The position numbers were made by a program, and so were the translations under genes. Of a stretch of DNA of 64,000 nt, positions 15,512 through 28,856 are shown piece by piece. This DNA is from Eledone cirrhosa (lineage: Eukaryota), in assembly GCA_964016885.1 (NCBI GenBank), contig OZ024754.1:23126001-23190000 (forward strand). The letters run 5' to 3'. Position 1 is the first letter of the stretch. Every line of letters starts with the position of its first letter. Below the pieces are notes generated by a model. The model searched no databases and was not told the origin of the DNA. It saw only the letters and a list, made by a program, of their open reading frames with translations.

Positions 15512-17000
15512 TTTGAGAAAAAGCATTTTAAATTAGTAAAGTATTAGATATTAGCTGTATACTTTATGGAAGCAGAGAGAAAATAAGTCAGTGCGTCTAT
15601 TTATTATAGAATCTAAATTTGATATAATGGTAAATTTCTCACATAAACAGAGATTACATGTTTTGGATAGAGAGGCATTCAAGTATGGAGAGGCAGAACA
15701 AACTTTCCACCAAGAGATGTTATAGTTAATATTTTGTCTTTCAAGGACCATATGAGTTCTGAGAGTGCCGTGTTGGTTCTTTTAAGTTGGTATTTAAAAG
15801 ACGAATGATGATTATAAAGACGCGCTTTAAAGGAGGTGGAAGTGGAGCCAAAATAGGTAAAGGAATTGATGTCAGTTATAACTTTACATTCATAGACTAA
15901 GTTTTTTTCAACACAATGGTTGTTGAGAGGACATTTATTTTTAACAGGGCAATTACAATTGCGATTAGAGAAATTAACAGAGTTATTAACAAGTGATCTA
16001 GTGTTATCTATAGGAGGAATTGGATTGGAGAAGTTATTTACGATAGGAATAATAGTTTCTTGATTTAGATTGGGATTAAGAACATTTAACGAAGTTGCGT
16101 TTGACGTCGTATTTGGGTTTGCAGAAAATAGCCTAGAGTTAACAATGAGTACTATTAACGGGAGTACTATTACTATTATTATGATATTCAGTGTTGGAAG
16201 GAAGAGATTTAGTATTTAGTATTTATTGTTGTGTTTAGAGATAACGTTGGAGATATTGGAGGAGGTCGAATAGGAAAATTTTATAGTATGTTTGTTAAAT
16301 ATTTTACTATAGATATGTGAGGGAGGGAAGCATTTATTTAAGGCACTAAAGAATAATTTAGGTATATTATTATTAATAGAGATGGAGAAAGGAGCATTAT
16401 ACCAGATTATATTTTTGTATCTAGGTCTTTTATTAAAGTTATTGGAATGATCATGATTAATTATTTTACTGTAAGATCTTCTATGATTGGTTTCTTTACT
16501 GCATTTGATTTTATCAGGATAACCGGCTTTAGAAAGCGCGTTATTATAGTAATTGGCGTTAGCATCAAAGATGTTTTTATTAGATGATAGGTTTGATATT
16601 CCTTTTCCAATATTACTAACTCTAGCATTTTTAATGTTAGTGGGGTGGTTAGATTTAAAATTAACATAATGTAAATTCTCATTGTTTTTATGGTAAGGGT
16701 AATTATAGGACAGTGTCAAGATTAAGAGATATATCCAGGAAGTTATCTTGTTTGATGTTGTTATCAAATTCAATTTTTAAGATATGTTGGTTAAAGAGAT
16801 CACGTATATTGTTCTTAAAAATATTAAGGCTAACTATGTTGCAATTTAAGATAGTAAAGAGTTCATCGTCCCGATAAATTCCACCGCGAAGTTGATGAAT
16901 TTTCCGATTCAAAGAGTTCAAAATAAAGATACCAATTAAATCTGTCAATTGCGATGAATCGGATGCACCCATTGTAATGTCAAAGTTGTTGATGTATATA

Positions 17001-17087
<87 letters not shown>

Positions 17088-17158
17088 GTACATATATATA
17101 TATGTATATGTATATATGTATATATATGTATATATATATATGTATATATATATGTATA

Positions 17159-17241
<83 letters not shown>

Positions 17242-17471
17242 GTATATATATGTATATATATATATGTATATATATATATATTTCGTTTCTGAATTTGTTT
17301 AGCAAGATTCTTTATCTGAAATCGTGTGTTGAAACCGATATTGTTATACTTTGGGAGGGTCATGTTGCCAATAAGAAACACACGCACCAGTTGCTTTCAC
17401 TTCAATTTATTATAATAAATTTATAAATTTCTGGTTGGTTGGTTCCACAACCAGATAGTTGTTTATATATT

Positions 17472-17514
17472 GTCATAGTTCTTTCGTCACACACTCTGTG
17501 ACCTCTTCAGTGAC
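17472..17514 (-). ncRNA. Minimal type I hammerhead (family E) in the Naiad-type 3' UTR
   Basis: GTCA-CTGAAGA-G-GTCACA/GAGTG/TGTGAC-GAAA-GAAC-TA-TGAC. One extra G precedes stem II. Confidence 0.75.
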
Positions 17515-17715
17515 TGGGGATTCCTTTCTTTGTTTCTGTGCCTCTCCTTTGTTCTGTCCTACGCCATTTTGTTTCTGTGTGTGTGTTGTGTGCTCAGTCT
17601 GCGCATGCGCCACATCCGGGTGTCTGTGTGTGTTTATGTTCATTTATTTATTTGTTTATTTACATGTTACTGGTTGGTTGTTTGTTCTATGTGTGTGTGT
17701 GTTTTCATTTTGTCC

Positions 17716-20301
17716 TTAATTGTAAGTTGTGATGTTGCTGTTCCACTCATATTTTCTATTTAATTTTGGTTGTAATTCTTTTATGTTTATTGCCTCTGTG
17801 ATTTGTCTAAACATTGCGTCTTTTCTGTGTGTAGATTCTATTTTTATTTCTATGTTCTCTAATTTACCCTTGTGTTCAATTTTAGCATGTTGGTAGAGTA
17901 CAGATGATTCTTTACTATCTTGAAGGTCTCGCCAGTGTTCATTTATCCGTTCCCCTACACTACGAGCTGTCTCACCTATGTACACTATATTTTTGTCTCT
18001 ACATTGTCCTTCAGTACATCTTATGCTATACACTACATTTCTAGTTTTACAGTTAATATGGGGGCTTATTTTACAGGTTATACATTTCTTATCTATACAT
18101 GAGGGTCTTTGAAAAGGGTATGTCTTGCTAATAAGTGTTTTTACGGTGGTACCTGGTCTTTCTACTATCTTAATATTGAGTTTATGTTTATCTAGGGCCC
18201 TTCCAAATTTGTAAGCTAATTCACCTCTAGGGGTTGTATCGATGAGCATTACACTCTGGTATTTATTGATATCATACCATGAGTTTATTCTATTAGCCTT
18301 GTTCCTAGTTCTTTCTATTCTATTCCCAAATTTGCTCCTATACAAGGGGCAGGTCCCATTTATGTCATTATTTACCATTTTTTCCCATTTGGTTCTGGCT
18401 CCTCTATACACTCTGATTTTATCTCTCTGTTTGTAGCCAGAGAACTGCATACGGTGGATGAAGTGTTTTATGTGTCTCTCTAGTTCTTCGGGGTTGCACA
18501 TGCGGGACACGTTTCTCATCACCCGTACCAAATCCGCAATCAGTATGTTGATTTTGGTATGGTCCGAAACGGCCGAGTTTCGGTGGATCAGATGTTTGGA
18601 AGTCATGCGTTTGGCATAATGGGAATGGAGGATTTGTTTTTTGTTATTAATGGTATCTAACCAGAGCTCAGTGTCTAGTACAGGTAATCGATGGTTGGGG
18701 TGTTTACTTGGGTAGTCTATAGTAACTCTAATACTCTGGTGGATGGAGTTAGCTATTTGCTAGATGCTTTCCATTGTGTTTTTCTCTAGTTCCTGACTGT
18801 TCTCTAGTGGGGGTGTCTTAACTACGATGTTTATATCATCAACGTAGCGGGAGTACATTATCAGGGTTAAGTGGTCTTCTAATTGTTCTTTAAGTTTAAG
18901 TTTAAGTCTACTGTCCCACCATACCATGAATAAGTTAGCTATGTCGCCTGCAATGCTAACACCAATGGCTGCTCCTTCCTCTTGGGCATATGTTTTTCCA
19001 TTAAATTTGAACATATGTTCCTTAAGGGTTAGTTTTATGCTGGCCCCTACCGCATGTGCAATCATTTTCTTCAGTTCATCGTGGTTTTCGGGTGTCCGTA
19101 TGGCTCTGGTCCACCCGTTCCATCTATCTGTGTGGGTTTTCTTGGCCATTGAGGTAATGGTAAGTGGTCTGCCTCGTGCTGGTCTTGTAGGGCACAGGTT
19201 GCTAAGGTCATATGTGTCTAGGTAATTATTATTATAGGTAAGTTTAAGTAGGAGTCCCAGCTCACTGGTATCAATCCCACGGAACTCAACATTGCTCTCA
19301 CTGATCATTTCTACGCATTTATCCACAGCAAAATCCACGTCAATAGATGGATACAGGGACACAACATCCATACTACGTATTATGCAGTTTGTTAGGTCCC
19401 TAGATCGGTTACTCTCGCCGATTCTGCTGAGGAGGTCCTCCGTGCTGTCACATACATCTGGGGACATTTCAATGATGGGGCGTATGATCAGGGAGAGGAA
19501 GTAGGACAGTCTGTAGTTACTAGCAATGTTAGCTCCACAGACTGGCCGTGCTGGTGGTCCCGTGACAGGGTCACTGCCCGTTTTATGGTCTTTTCGAAGC
19601 CCATACAACGCCGGCACGTCATTGTTCCAGGCCTGGAAGTTGTTGGCAGTCCTTTTGTTGGGCTGCATTATATTCGTCCACATCACCATATGGGCATTGT
19701 GGGCTTTTCCTCTATCCTCATGCTCCTGTGGTGTTACTTCTCTTGTGTTGGTGATGTGGGGTTGCATTGCCTGGATGTAGTTTGGCAGGCTGTCAACCGA
19801 CATTCTGCCAGACTTGTCTGTTGGAAAGCATGCTATCTCTCCATTACGCGAGCGCTGCATGAGCTTACGCAAGCCATTTGCAGATTTTTCTCCCAGTTGC
19901 TGGGCCTCCATTCTAGTATGCTTCTTGCTATACTGTTTTACAATATTTCTAAGTTCGGATCTAGCTATACTAAATTGTGCTTCTGTTTGTTCATCGACCT
20001 GCGACGGCAATTGCGTGCGTTTGTTAAATGGTAAAGTCGTGGCGTGGACTCGTCGCAGGTCGAACGACTTATCGGAGGGATTATAAAAAGTAGAGTTCCA
20101 GGCTGCTGCTTTATGTGTACTAGTGCTATTGTTATTGTTAGTTGTGTTGTTTCTATTTCTATTTCCACCAACAGCCTCATGGTTGTTTCTATGTCTCTCA
20201 TTATTACTCCTGTCTCTTTCCACTGGCTCATTGTTGTTATCTACCCTATTTTGTGTGTCTGTGTGTTCGTCTTGGTTATTTTCTTTGTCCTTAGTCTCCA
20301 T
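17716..20301 (-). pseudogene. PLE reverse transcriptase + GIY-YIG endonuclease, ~860 codons with one in-frame TAG at 18760-18762
   Basis: PTDKSG, LYGLRKDHK, RPVCGA, SMDVVSLYPSI, QEEGAAIG, RYVDD. The frame continues past the stop (IDYPSKHPNHRLPVLD) into CKTRNVVY...YIGET...H...EAINI...LNRKYEW. Confidence 0.92.
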
Positions 20302-20677
20302 CTCCTTTTAATCCTATTACTTTCCCTTATTTCTGTGATTTCTGTGCTACTGTCATTACTTGTTTTCTGTGTCTGTGTGTCTGTTAAGATTGTGGTGGTC
20401 GTGAGCGGCATTGAATGTGTGTGTGTTGTTGTTGTTGATGTGTGCTGTTGTTGATGTGTGTTGTTGTTGTCTCCGTGTGTGTTATTATTGTTGTGTGTTG
20501 TTATTGTTGTTTCTGTCTGCGTGTCTGTTGTTGTTGTTTCTGGGTATGTTATTATTACGCAAATATGACCCTCCCCAAATATAACAATATCTGTTTCGAC
20601 ACACGATTTCATATAAAAAACCTCACAAAACTAATTCATCGCCGCTATGTATATATATATACAAGTTAATATAAATT

Positions 20678-20875
20678 AATTGTTTCTACTTTTGGCACAA
20701 GGCCAGCAATTACCCAGTACATTACTGGTACTTTATTTTATCGACCCCGTAAGGATGAAAGGCAAAGTTAACCTCGGCGGGATTTGAACTCAGAATGGCA
20801 AGGGCCGTAACTCTATGCGTCAAAGCATGGCGTCAAAGCATGGCGTCCAACCCTCTACCGATACTGCCAATTCAC
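20678..20875 (-). mobile_element. tRNA-derived SINE (Nin-domain-like), full length
   Basis: A box TGGCAGTATCGG, B box GAGTTCAAATCC, conserved core, and a short internal duplication (GCGTCAAAGCATG). Confidence 0.85.
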
Positions 20876-20876
20876 A

Positions 20877-21914
20877 TAAATTAATATATGATAAACACCA
20901 ATATAAACATATAAGCGTTTGTATTGTAAACTACCAGTCCTCCAAAAATATTTCGAGGTGAAACATACTAATTTCTGGATACCTGTTGATGACCACAGGA
21001 ATTGGAAATTTTTCACTTTTTTAAATTATCGTTGCGAAACTTATTTGGGTTTTGAAATTTAAATTTGTCTGCGGAACAGGTTTGGATTTTGAAATTTAAA
21101 TTTGTCCAGGTATCACGGCTATTGCCAATATGGGTTTGTTTTATTGATTTATTATTTTAAATCGAGACAGGCAAACTGTATTAATCTAATTAGTATTTTT
21201 CAATCTAGCTAACTTGGTCGTTTACAATACAAACGCTTATATGTTTATATTGGTGTTTATCATATATTAATTTATATTAACTTGTATTTCACGGCTCAGA
21301 AATGCTTCTTTCTTTGAGCTAATTAATTGTAAAAGACTGTTTGAGTTTATAACTCTAAATATAATATTTAACGGCTCCTGTTGTTGAGCTAAATTTTAAT
21401 CCCATATAGAGGGCTGTTATTTCTAGCAGCATGAGTATGGGGCTAGCTAGGAGTTGGAAAATCACGTGCGTCAGCACTTGACTACTAGTCCTCCAAAAAT
21501 ATTTCGGGGTGAAACATGCTAATTTCTGGATACCTGTTGATGACCACAGGAATTGGACATTTTTCACTTTTTTAAATTATCGTTGCGAAACTTATTTGGG
21601 TTTTGAAATTTAAATTTGTCTGCGGAACAGGTTTGGATTTTGAAATTTAAATTTGTCCAGGTATCACGGCTATTGCCAATATGGGTTTGTTTTATTGATT
21701 TATTATTTTAAATCGAGACAGGCAAACTGTATTAATCTAATTAGTATTTTTCAATCTAGCTAACTTGGTCGTTTACAATACAAACGCTTATATGTTTATA
21801 TTGGTGTTTATCATATATTAATTTATATTAACTTGTATTTCACGGCTCAGAAATGCTTCTTTCTTTGAACTAATTAATTGTAAAAGACTGTTTGAGTTTA
21901 TAACTCTAAATATA

Positions 21915-21916
<2 letters not shown>
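20877..21916 (+). mobile_element. Family A element: inverted 5' stub plus 551-bp tandem units
   Basis: 20877-20931 is the reverse complement of ~21221-21275. 20931-21365 repeats at 21482-21916. Ends in (TA)n. Confidence 0.75.
20978..21114 (+). ncRNA. Family A hammerhead variant (second copy 21529-21665)
   Basis: GATACCTG/CAGGTATC stem I, TTGATGA, ~30-bp stem III, GTC. C.C mismatch at the base of stem II. Confidence 0.55.
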
Positions 21917-21998
<82 letters not shown>

Positions 21999-22053
21999 AT
22001 ATATATATATATGTATATATATATGTATATATATATGTATATATATATATATG

Positions 22054-22085
<32 letters not shown>

Positions 22086-22297
22086 TATACATATATATGC
22101 ATATATATATATGTGTATATATATATATTTACTTATATATACATGTATATATATGTATATATATATATATATTTCCTTATATATACATATATATATGTAT
22201 ATATATATATGTATATATATATATACATATATATACATATATATATGTATATATATATGTATATATATATATATACATATATATACATATACATATG

Positions 22298-22331
<34 letters not shown>

Positions 22332-22370
22332 CATATATATACATATATACACATACATATATATATATAC

Positions 22371-22407
<37 letters not shown>

Positions 22408-22474
22408 TATACATATACATATATATATACATATATACATAAATATATATACATATATACATATATATATACAT

Positions 22475-22531
<57 letters not shown>

Positions 22532-22532
22532 C

Positions 22533-22565
<33 letters not shown>

Positions 22566-22566
22566 C

Positions 22567-23025
<459 letters not shown>

Positions 23026-23101
23026 ATATATATATATATATATACATATTTATATATACACACACACATATATATATATATACACATATATATATATACA
23101 C

Positions 23102-23152
<51 letters not shown>

Positions 23153-23192
23153 TATATACATATATATATACATATATATATACATATATATA

Positions 23193-23455
23193 TAAGTTGT
23201 AATAAAATGAAAACGAAATTTCATTTCTCACTCTTAGTACGGCACTTACTTAAATGTAAGTATGTATGTATACGTACATACATATATGTATACAGACGTA
23301 CAGTAGCATGCATATATATATATATATATACATACATATACATACAGGTACACATACATATATGTACGTATCAGTTTAGCGGACGCTTATTATAACGCCC
23401 GCTTTGTTCGTTTGTAAACAAACTGAACAGCCTGAATTTATGCCGTACGGTGTTA
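23193..23455 (-). repeat. Diverged partial copy of the 472-bp unit
   Basis: Reverse complement of ~27482-27745 with scattered substitutions. Confidence 0.85.
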
Positions 23456-23474
23456 AATTTATGCCGTACGGTAA

Positions 23475-25122
23475 GGGTACGCTATATAGAAAGTCTGAGA
23501 TATTCTCTTCTTGCCCCCATGCAATTTCTAATTCTTACTTTTATTATAAACCCAAATGTTCTAGTAGTACAAATCGTACCCATTAGCAGATATATTCCAT
23601 TACTTAGTTTTTTGTTTGGGTTCTTTTGTTTGCCATCACTATTGCTATCATTGGTTTTTGATGACTCTTCATTCTAGCTCTCATAATCATTTGGCCACTG
23701 TACCATATCTATGTCTTCACTATTACACCTTGTTAGTATACATAAGATTACACACGTTATTATCTTTATATATTCTTTTATTATCATTAACTTTAATTTT
23801 TAATTTTAACATTATTTTAATTTTTATTTTTTATTTTTAATTCTATTTTTATTTCTAAGTCTATTCTGATTTATCTATCGACCCCCCCCCCTTCTCCCCC
23901 CCCCCCCATGCACGCATAAACTTATTGTCAACCCCTCTAGATTGAATATGATTATATTAACCCCCCCTCTTTTATGCTCTGTTCTATTATTTATTATAGT
24001 ATATCGAATATATTTTATGCCACTTCGCACCCTCCATATATTTTGTCAATTCTGTCCCCATTAGTCTACCTTAACTCTACTTAAGTCAGTTTTTTAGATA
24101 TCGTTGCGTATATGATAGTGTAATTTTATTCCTTTTTGTAAACATTTGTAACGATACATTAAAGTTTATATACTTTAATGACTTAGACTATAGCTAATTT
24201 TATACTACCTTATCGGATGGGTTTGATATTTTTAATATTAATTTATCAGATAGGGTTTGGAGTCATTTAAAATGATCGCTTTCCTTGGTGTTTACCAAAT
24301 TTCTTAATGCACGCGAGGCCTAAGTGTGTATACATTTGCTTTGTTTTGTAATTTCCGGTTGATTGTATTTATTTGTTTTATCCTATATTCTATTTATTAT
24401 TCACTGTCTGGCTTCGTTCACTCATCCACACATGTCTGTCTACTAACCTTGAAATTATAAGTATTTATTTATATATTTTATGCCAATTTTTAAAATATAT
24501 TACATTATGATATAGATCCTTATTACTTACCGTTTATTATATATAACATTAAGATAGTTAAACTTTATATATCATATAAGATGTCTGGATTTTTTAATAT
24601 TTTAATATTGTAATATGTAACATTATGGTATTTAGACTTTACATATCATGTTAGATGTCTGTATATTTTTTCTGTAACAACATATTTTTTCTGTAACATC
24701 ATAATTGTTCCCTGTACCAATATAGTTTTTTTGAGTATTATTGTATTATATTATATGATTGATATTTCCTCATTTATTATGTAACCCAGTATGAATCATG
24801 TTGTACATATTGTTTATGGTAATTGTTAATATAATGTTAACATTTTATCATTGTATTTCACTGTGACATCTATATTGTTTCTGTAAATTAACCGCGGATT
24901 ATATATTCTACTTTATTATATTGTACTGTATTATATAATTTTGTTGTTTATTATTTATTATAAGTGTTTCTTGTAATTATATCATATTATTGCCTCATGT
25001 ATATTGGGTAGATGTATTAGCATTATTTTCACTATTACCATGCTTATTTTTGATATTTTTGATGTTCAAACTTCCAATAGGGCTTAATTTCTGTGTAATA
25101 GAAAATAGATATGTGTATTGTA

Positions 25123-25160
<38 letters not shown>

Positions 25161-25577
25161 ACATATATACATGTATATATTGTACCTTTTGATTTTTAAT
25201 TTGGAATTTTAATGTTGGTATAGATATATTATTATTATAATGTATTATACTGTGTTATATATAATTCCTGCTCTATATAACCAAATTTGTTTAGATTTAA
25301 GTTGGTGACTTTGGACTATATTTGTAATATGGTTCTTAATGTTATCTACATCCTTAGTTATTATAATTTTATTATTTTTATCTTCATTTTTATTATCGTA
25401 TATCTTTGTAAGACATTAGTGTATGTAAACTCCATATTCTTCAGAGTTTCTGGCTTGTATCTGCCGAAATTACCTCTTGTTGTTTTGATTGCCCTGATGA
25501 GTCCTTAATAGGACGAAACATTGTCGGCTAATAAAAACTTTTGATGTATTAAAGGATTCTTTGTTTTACTCTCTTAA
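23475..25577 (+). mobile_element. Severely 5'-truncated PLE: last codons of GIY-YIG, ~1.9-kb AT-rich 3' UTR, hammerhead
   Basis: LYRKSEIFSSCPH...YYKP (23481-23555) matches the LNKRQELIISCNH...YYKP tail of the other PLEs. Hammerhead near the end, then (TA)n. Confidence 0.65.
25491..25528 (+). ncRNA. Canonical minimal type I hammerhead (family G)
   Basis: GCC-CTGATGA-GTCCT/TAAT/AGGAC-GAAA-CATTG-TC-GGC. Cleavage predicted after 25525, followed by AATAAA. Confidence 0.9.
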
Positions 25578-25643
25578 ATATATATATACATATATATATA
25601 TACACATATATATATATATACATATATATATACCTATATATAC

Positions 25644-25684
<41 letters not shown>

Positions 25685-25799
25685 AAATATTAAACAAATA
25701 ATGAATAAAACAATGAAACAGTTCCTTATATTAAACAAAAAAAGTTCATTATTTAACGATCGTTTCTAGGATATATATGTGTTAGAATTGGCATATATT

Positions 25800-25831
<32 letters not shown>

Positions 25832-25963
25832 TATGTATATATGTATATATATGTATATATATATATATGTATATATGTATATATATGTATATATATATAT
25901 ATGTATATATGTGTATATATATATGTATATATGTATATATATATGTATATATGTGTATATATG

Positions 25964-25994
<31 letters not shown>

Positions 25995-26020
25995 GTATAT
26001 ATGTGTATATATATATATAC

Positions 26021-26082
<62 letters not shown>

Positions 26083-26213
26083 TTATATATATATATGTAT
26101 ATATACATATATATGTATATATGTATATATATGTATATATATATATGTGTATATATGTGTATATATATATGGATATATGTATATATGTATATATATATAT
26201 GTATATATGTGTA

Positions 26214-26256
<43 letters not shown>

Positions 26257-26315
26257 CTGTATATATGTATATATATATGTATATATATATATATATATGT
26301 ATATACATATATATG

Positions 26316-26346
<31 letters not shown>

Positions 26347-26427
26347 GTATATATATATGTGTATATATGTATATATATATATATGTATATATATGTATGT
26401 ATGTATATATATATATTTATATATATG

Positions 26428-26464
<37 letters not shown>

Positions 26465-26531
26465 GTATCTATATATATATATATGTATATATATATGTGT
26501 GTGTATATATATGTATGTATGTATATATATG

Positions 26532-26571
<40 letters not shown>

Positions 26572-26701
26572 TGTATATATATGTATATATATGTATATAT
26601 ATATGTATATATATATATATATGTATATATATGTATGTATGTATATATATATATGTATATATATATGTATATATATGTGTATATATATATATATGTATAT
26701 A

Positions 26702-26787
<86 letters not shown>

Positions 26788-26875
26788 GTAATAATAATAA
26801 ATTTGAAGACTAAAATCCAAAGAGGGCTCGATAAGGATAAATATATTTCAAATATATAAGAACCGTAGAGCAAAT

Positions 26876-27343
26876 ATTTATTAAAATAACAGATTAAAGT
26901 TTAAGCAAAGAATCGCTGCTTTCACCCTTAACGGGATCTTCTGAAACTAACAAAGTCAATCTGTAAACACAGAAGTGGATATTTCAAAAAACGTTGCAAC
27001 CGGAGGAAGACAGGAAGACGATACTTTGATTGGTGGAAACGTTCCCTGGCAAAGAACGGGAAAAACGAATATAATACGTCATTAATAGGAGCGGTGAAAA
27101 ACAATTACGCGCAAAGACAGAACCACGTTTATGGTATAAAAGAAGTCGTAGAATAATGTTCTCTAAGTGGTGCATAGAGACGTTCTCTGGCAATGAGGTA
27201 ACGTTACCACGAACCAAAGTATCGTCTTCCTGTCTTCTTCCGGTTGCAACGTTTTTTGATTGACTTTGTTAGTTTCAGCAGATCCCGTTAAGGGTGAAAT
27301 CAGCGATTTTTTGCTTAAACTTTAATCTGTTATTTTAATAATA
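26876..27343. mobile_element. Fold-back mini element (~130-150-bp inverted arms) with hammerhead-like motifs (family H)
   Basis: 26876-26961 mirrors 27258-27343 and 26984-27028 mirrors 27215-27259. Minus 26898-26948 reads AGTTT-CAGAAGA-TCCC/GTTAA/GGGT-GAAA-GCAG...TTGC-TT-AAACT. Confidence 0.65.
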
Positions 27344-27351
27344 TATATATT

Positions 27352-27396
<45 letters not shown>

Positions 27397-27867
27397 TGAA
27401 ACAAAATGAAAACGAAATTTCATTTCTCACTCTTAGTATGGCACTTACTTAAATGTACTTAAATGGCACTTACTTAAATGTACACCGTATGGCATAAATT
27501 CAGGCTGTTCAGTTTGTTTACAAACGAACAAAGCGACGTTATAATAAGCGCCGCTAAACTGATACGTGCATATATGTATGTGTACCTGTATGCATATGTA
27601 TGTATATATGTATATATATATATATATGTGCATGCTACTGTACGTCTGTATACATATATGTATGTACGTATACATGCATACTTACATTTAAGTAAGTGCC
27701 ATACTAAGAGTGAGAAATGAAATTTCGTTTTCATTTTGTTTCAATTTATCGTTTTCGGTATGCCTGACCGATTTAACTCACTCAATATGCAAATTAGGCT
27801 GCTCAGCCGTTAATTTTCATAAGGAAAGTATATACTTTCGAACGTTCAACTATCTGGCAGATGGGTA

Positions 27868-27912
27868 AACGGTGCTGATGATAGCTAACAAGCTTGAAAC
27901 TAGTACATCGTT
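27868..27912 (+). ncRNA. Type I hammerhead, array unit 1
   Basis: AACGGTG-CTGATGA-TAGCT/AACA/AGCTT-GAAA-CTAG-TA-CATCGTT. Cleavage predicted after 27905. Confidence 0.9.
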
Positions 27913-28339
27913 CCTGTGTCAGTGTTGAACAAAAAGGTGACGTGGTTGCCTTAACACCGTATGGCATAAATTCAGGCTGTTCAGTTTGTTTACAAACGAA
28001 CAAAGCGACGTTATAATAAGCGCCGCTAAACTGATACGTGCATATATGTATGTGTACCTGTATGCATATGTATGTATATATGTATATATATATATATATG
28101 TGCATGCTACTGTACGTCTGTATACATATATGTATGTACGTATACATGCATACTTACATTTAAGTAAGTGCCATACTAAGAGTGAGAAATGAAATTTCGT
28201 TTTCATTTTGTTTCAATTTATCGTTTTCGGTATGCCTGACCGATTTAACTCACTCAATATGCAAATTAGGCTGCTCAGCCGTTAATTTTCATAAGGAAAG
28301 TATATACTTTCGAACGTTCAACTATCTGGCAGATGGGTA

Positions 28340-28384
28340 AACGGTGCTGATGATAGCTAACAAGCTTGAAACTAGTACATCGTT
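28340..28384 (+). ncRNA. Type I hammerhead, array unit 2
   Basis: Identical to 27868-27912. Confidence 0.9.
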
Positions 28385-28811
28385 CCTGTGTCAGTGTTGA
28401 ACAAAAAGGTGACGTGGTTGCCTTAACACCGTATGGCATAAATTCAGGCTGTTCAGTTTGTTTACAAACGAACAAAGCGACGTTATAATAAGCGCTGCTA
28501 AACTGATACGTGCATATATGTATGTGTACCTGTATGCATATGTATGTATATATGTATATATATATATATATGTGCATGCTACTGTACGTCTGTATACATA
28601 TATGTATGTACGTATACATGCATACTTACATTTAAGTAAGTGCCATACTAAGAGTGAGAAATGAAATTTCGTTTTCATTTTGTTTCAATTTATCGTTTTC
28701 GGTATGCCTGACCGATTTAACTCACTCAATATGCAAATTAGGCTGCTCAGCCGTTAATTTTCATAAGGAAAGTATATACTTTCGAACGTTCAACTATCTG
28801 GCAGATGGGTA

Positions 28812-28856
28812 AACGGTGCTGATGATAGCTAACAAGCTTGAAACTAGTACATCGTT
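28812..28856 (+). ncRNA. Type I hammerhead, array unit 3
   Basis: Identical to 27868-27912. Confidence 0.9.

Larger units (their letters stand above)
14227..16992 (-). mobile_element. Degenerate PLE: RT C-terminal half, GIY-YIG, 3' UTR with hammerhead
   Basis: [10 protein letters not shown]...GGIYRDDE (RT); IIWYNAPFS...IFNKHTIKFSYS; CNCPVKNKCPL...LVYEC...YFGST; CNLCLCEK...INRRTDLFSLCFH. Several frameshifts. Truncated at (TA)n. Confidence 0.85.
17281..20647 (-). mobile_element. Near full-length Naiad-type Penelope-like retroelement with inverted termini
   Basis: RT+GIY-YIG ORF, hammerhead in the 3' UTR, ~100-bp imperfect inverted repeats (17290-17400 vs 20547-20640), TA runs on both flanks. 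Confidence 0.9.

Noticed and set aside
17400-17716. SECIS element in the Naiad-type 3' UTR
   Set aside because: The ORF has no in-frame TGA and I could not see a SECIS fold.
20780-20875. tRNA gene
   Set aside because: The A and B boxes belong to a SINE head and there is no complete cloverleaf.
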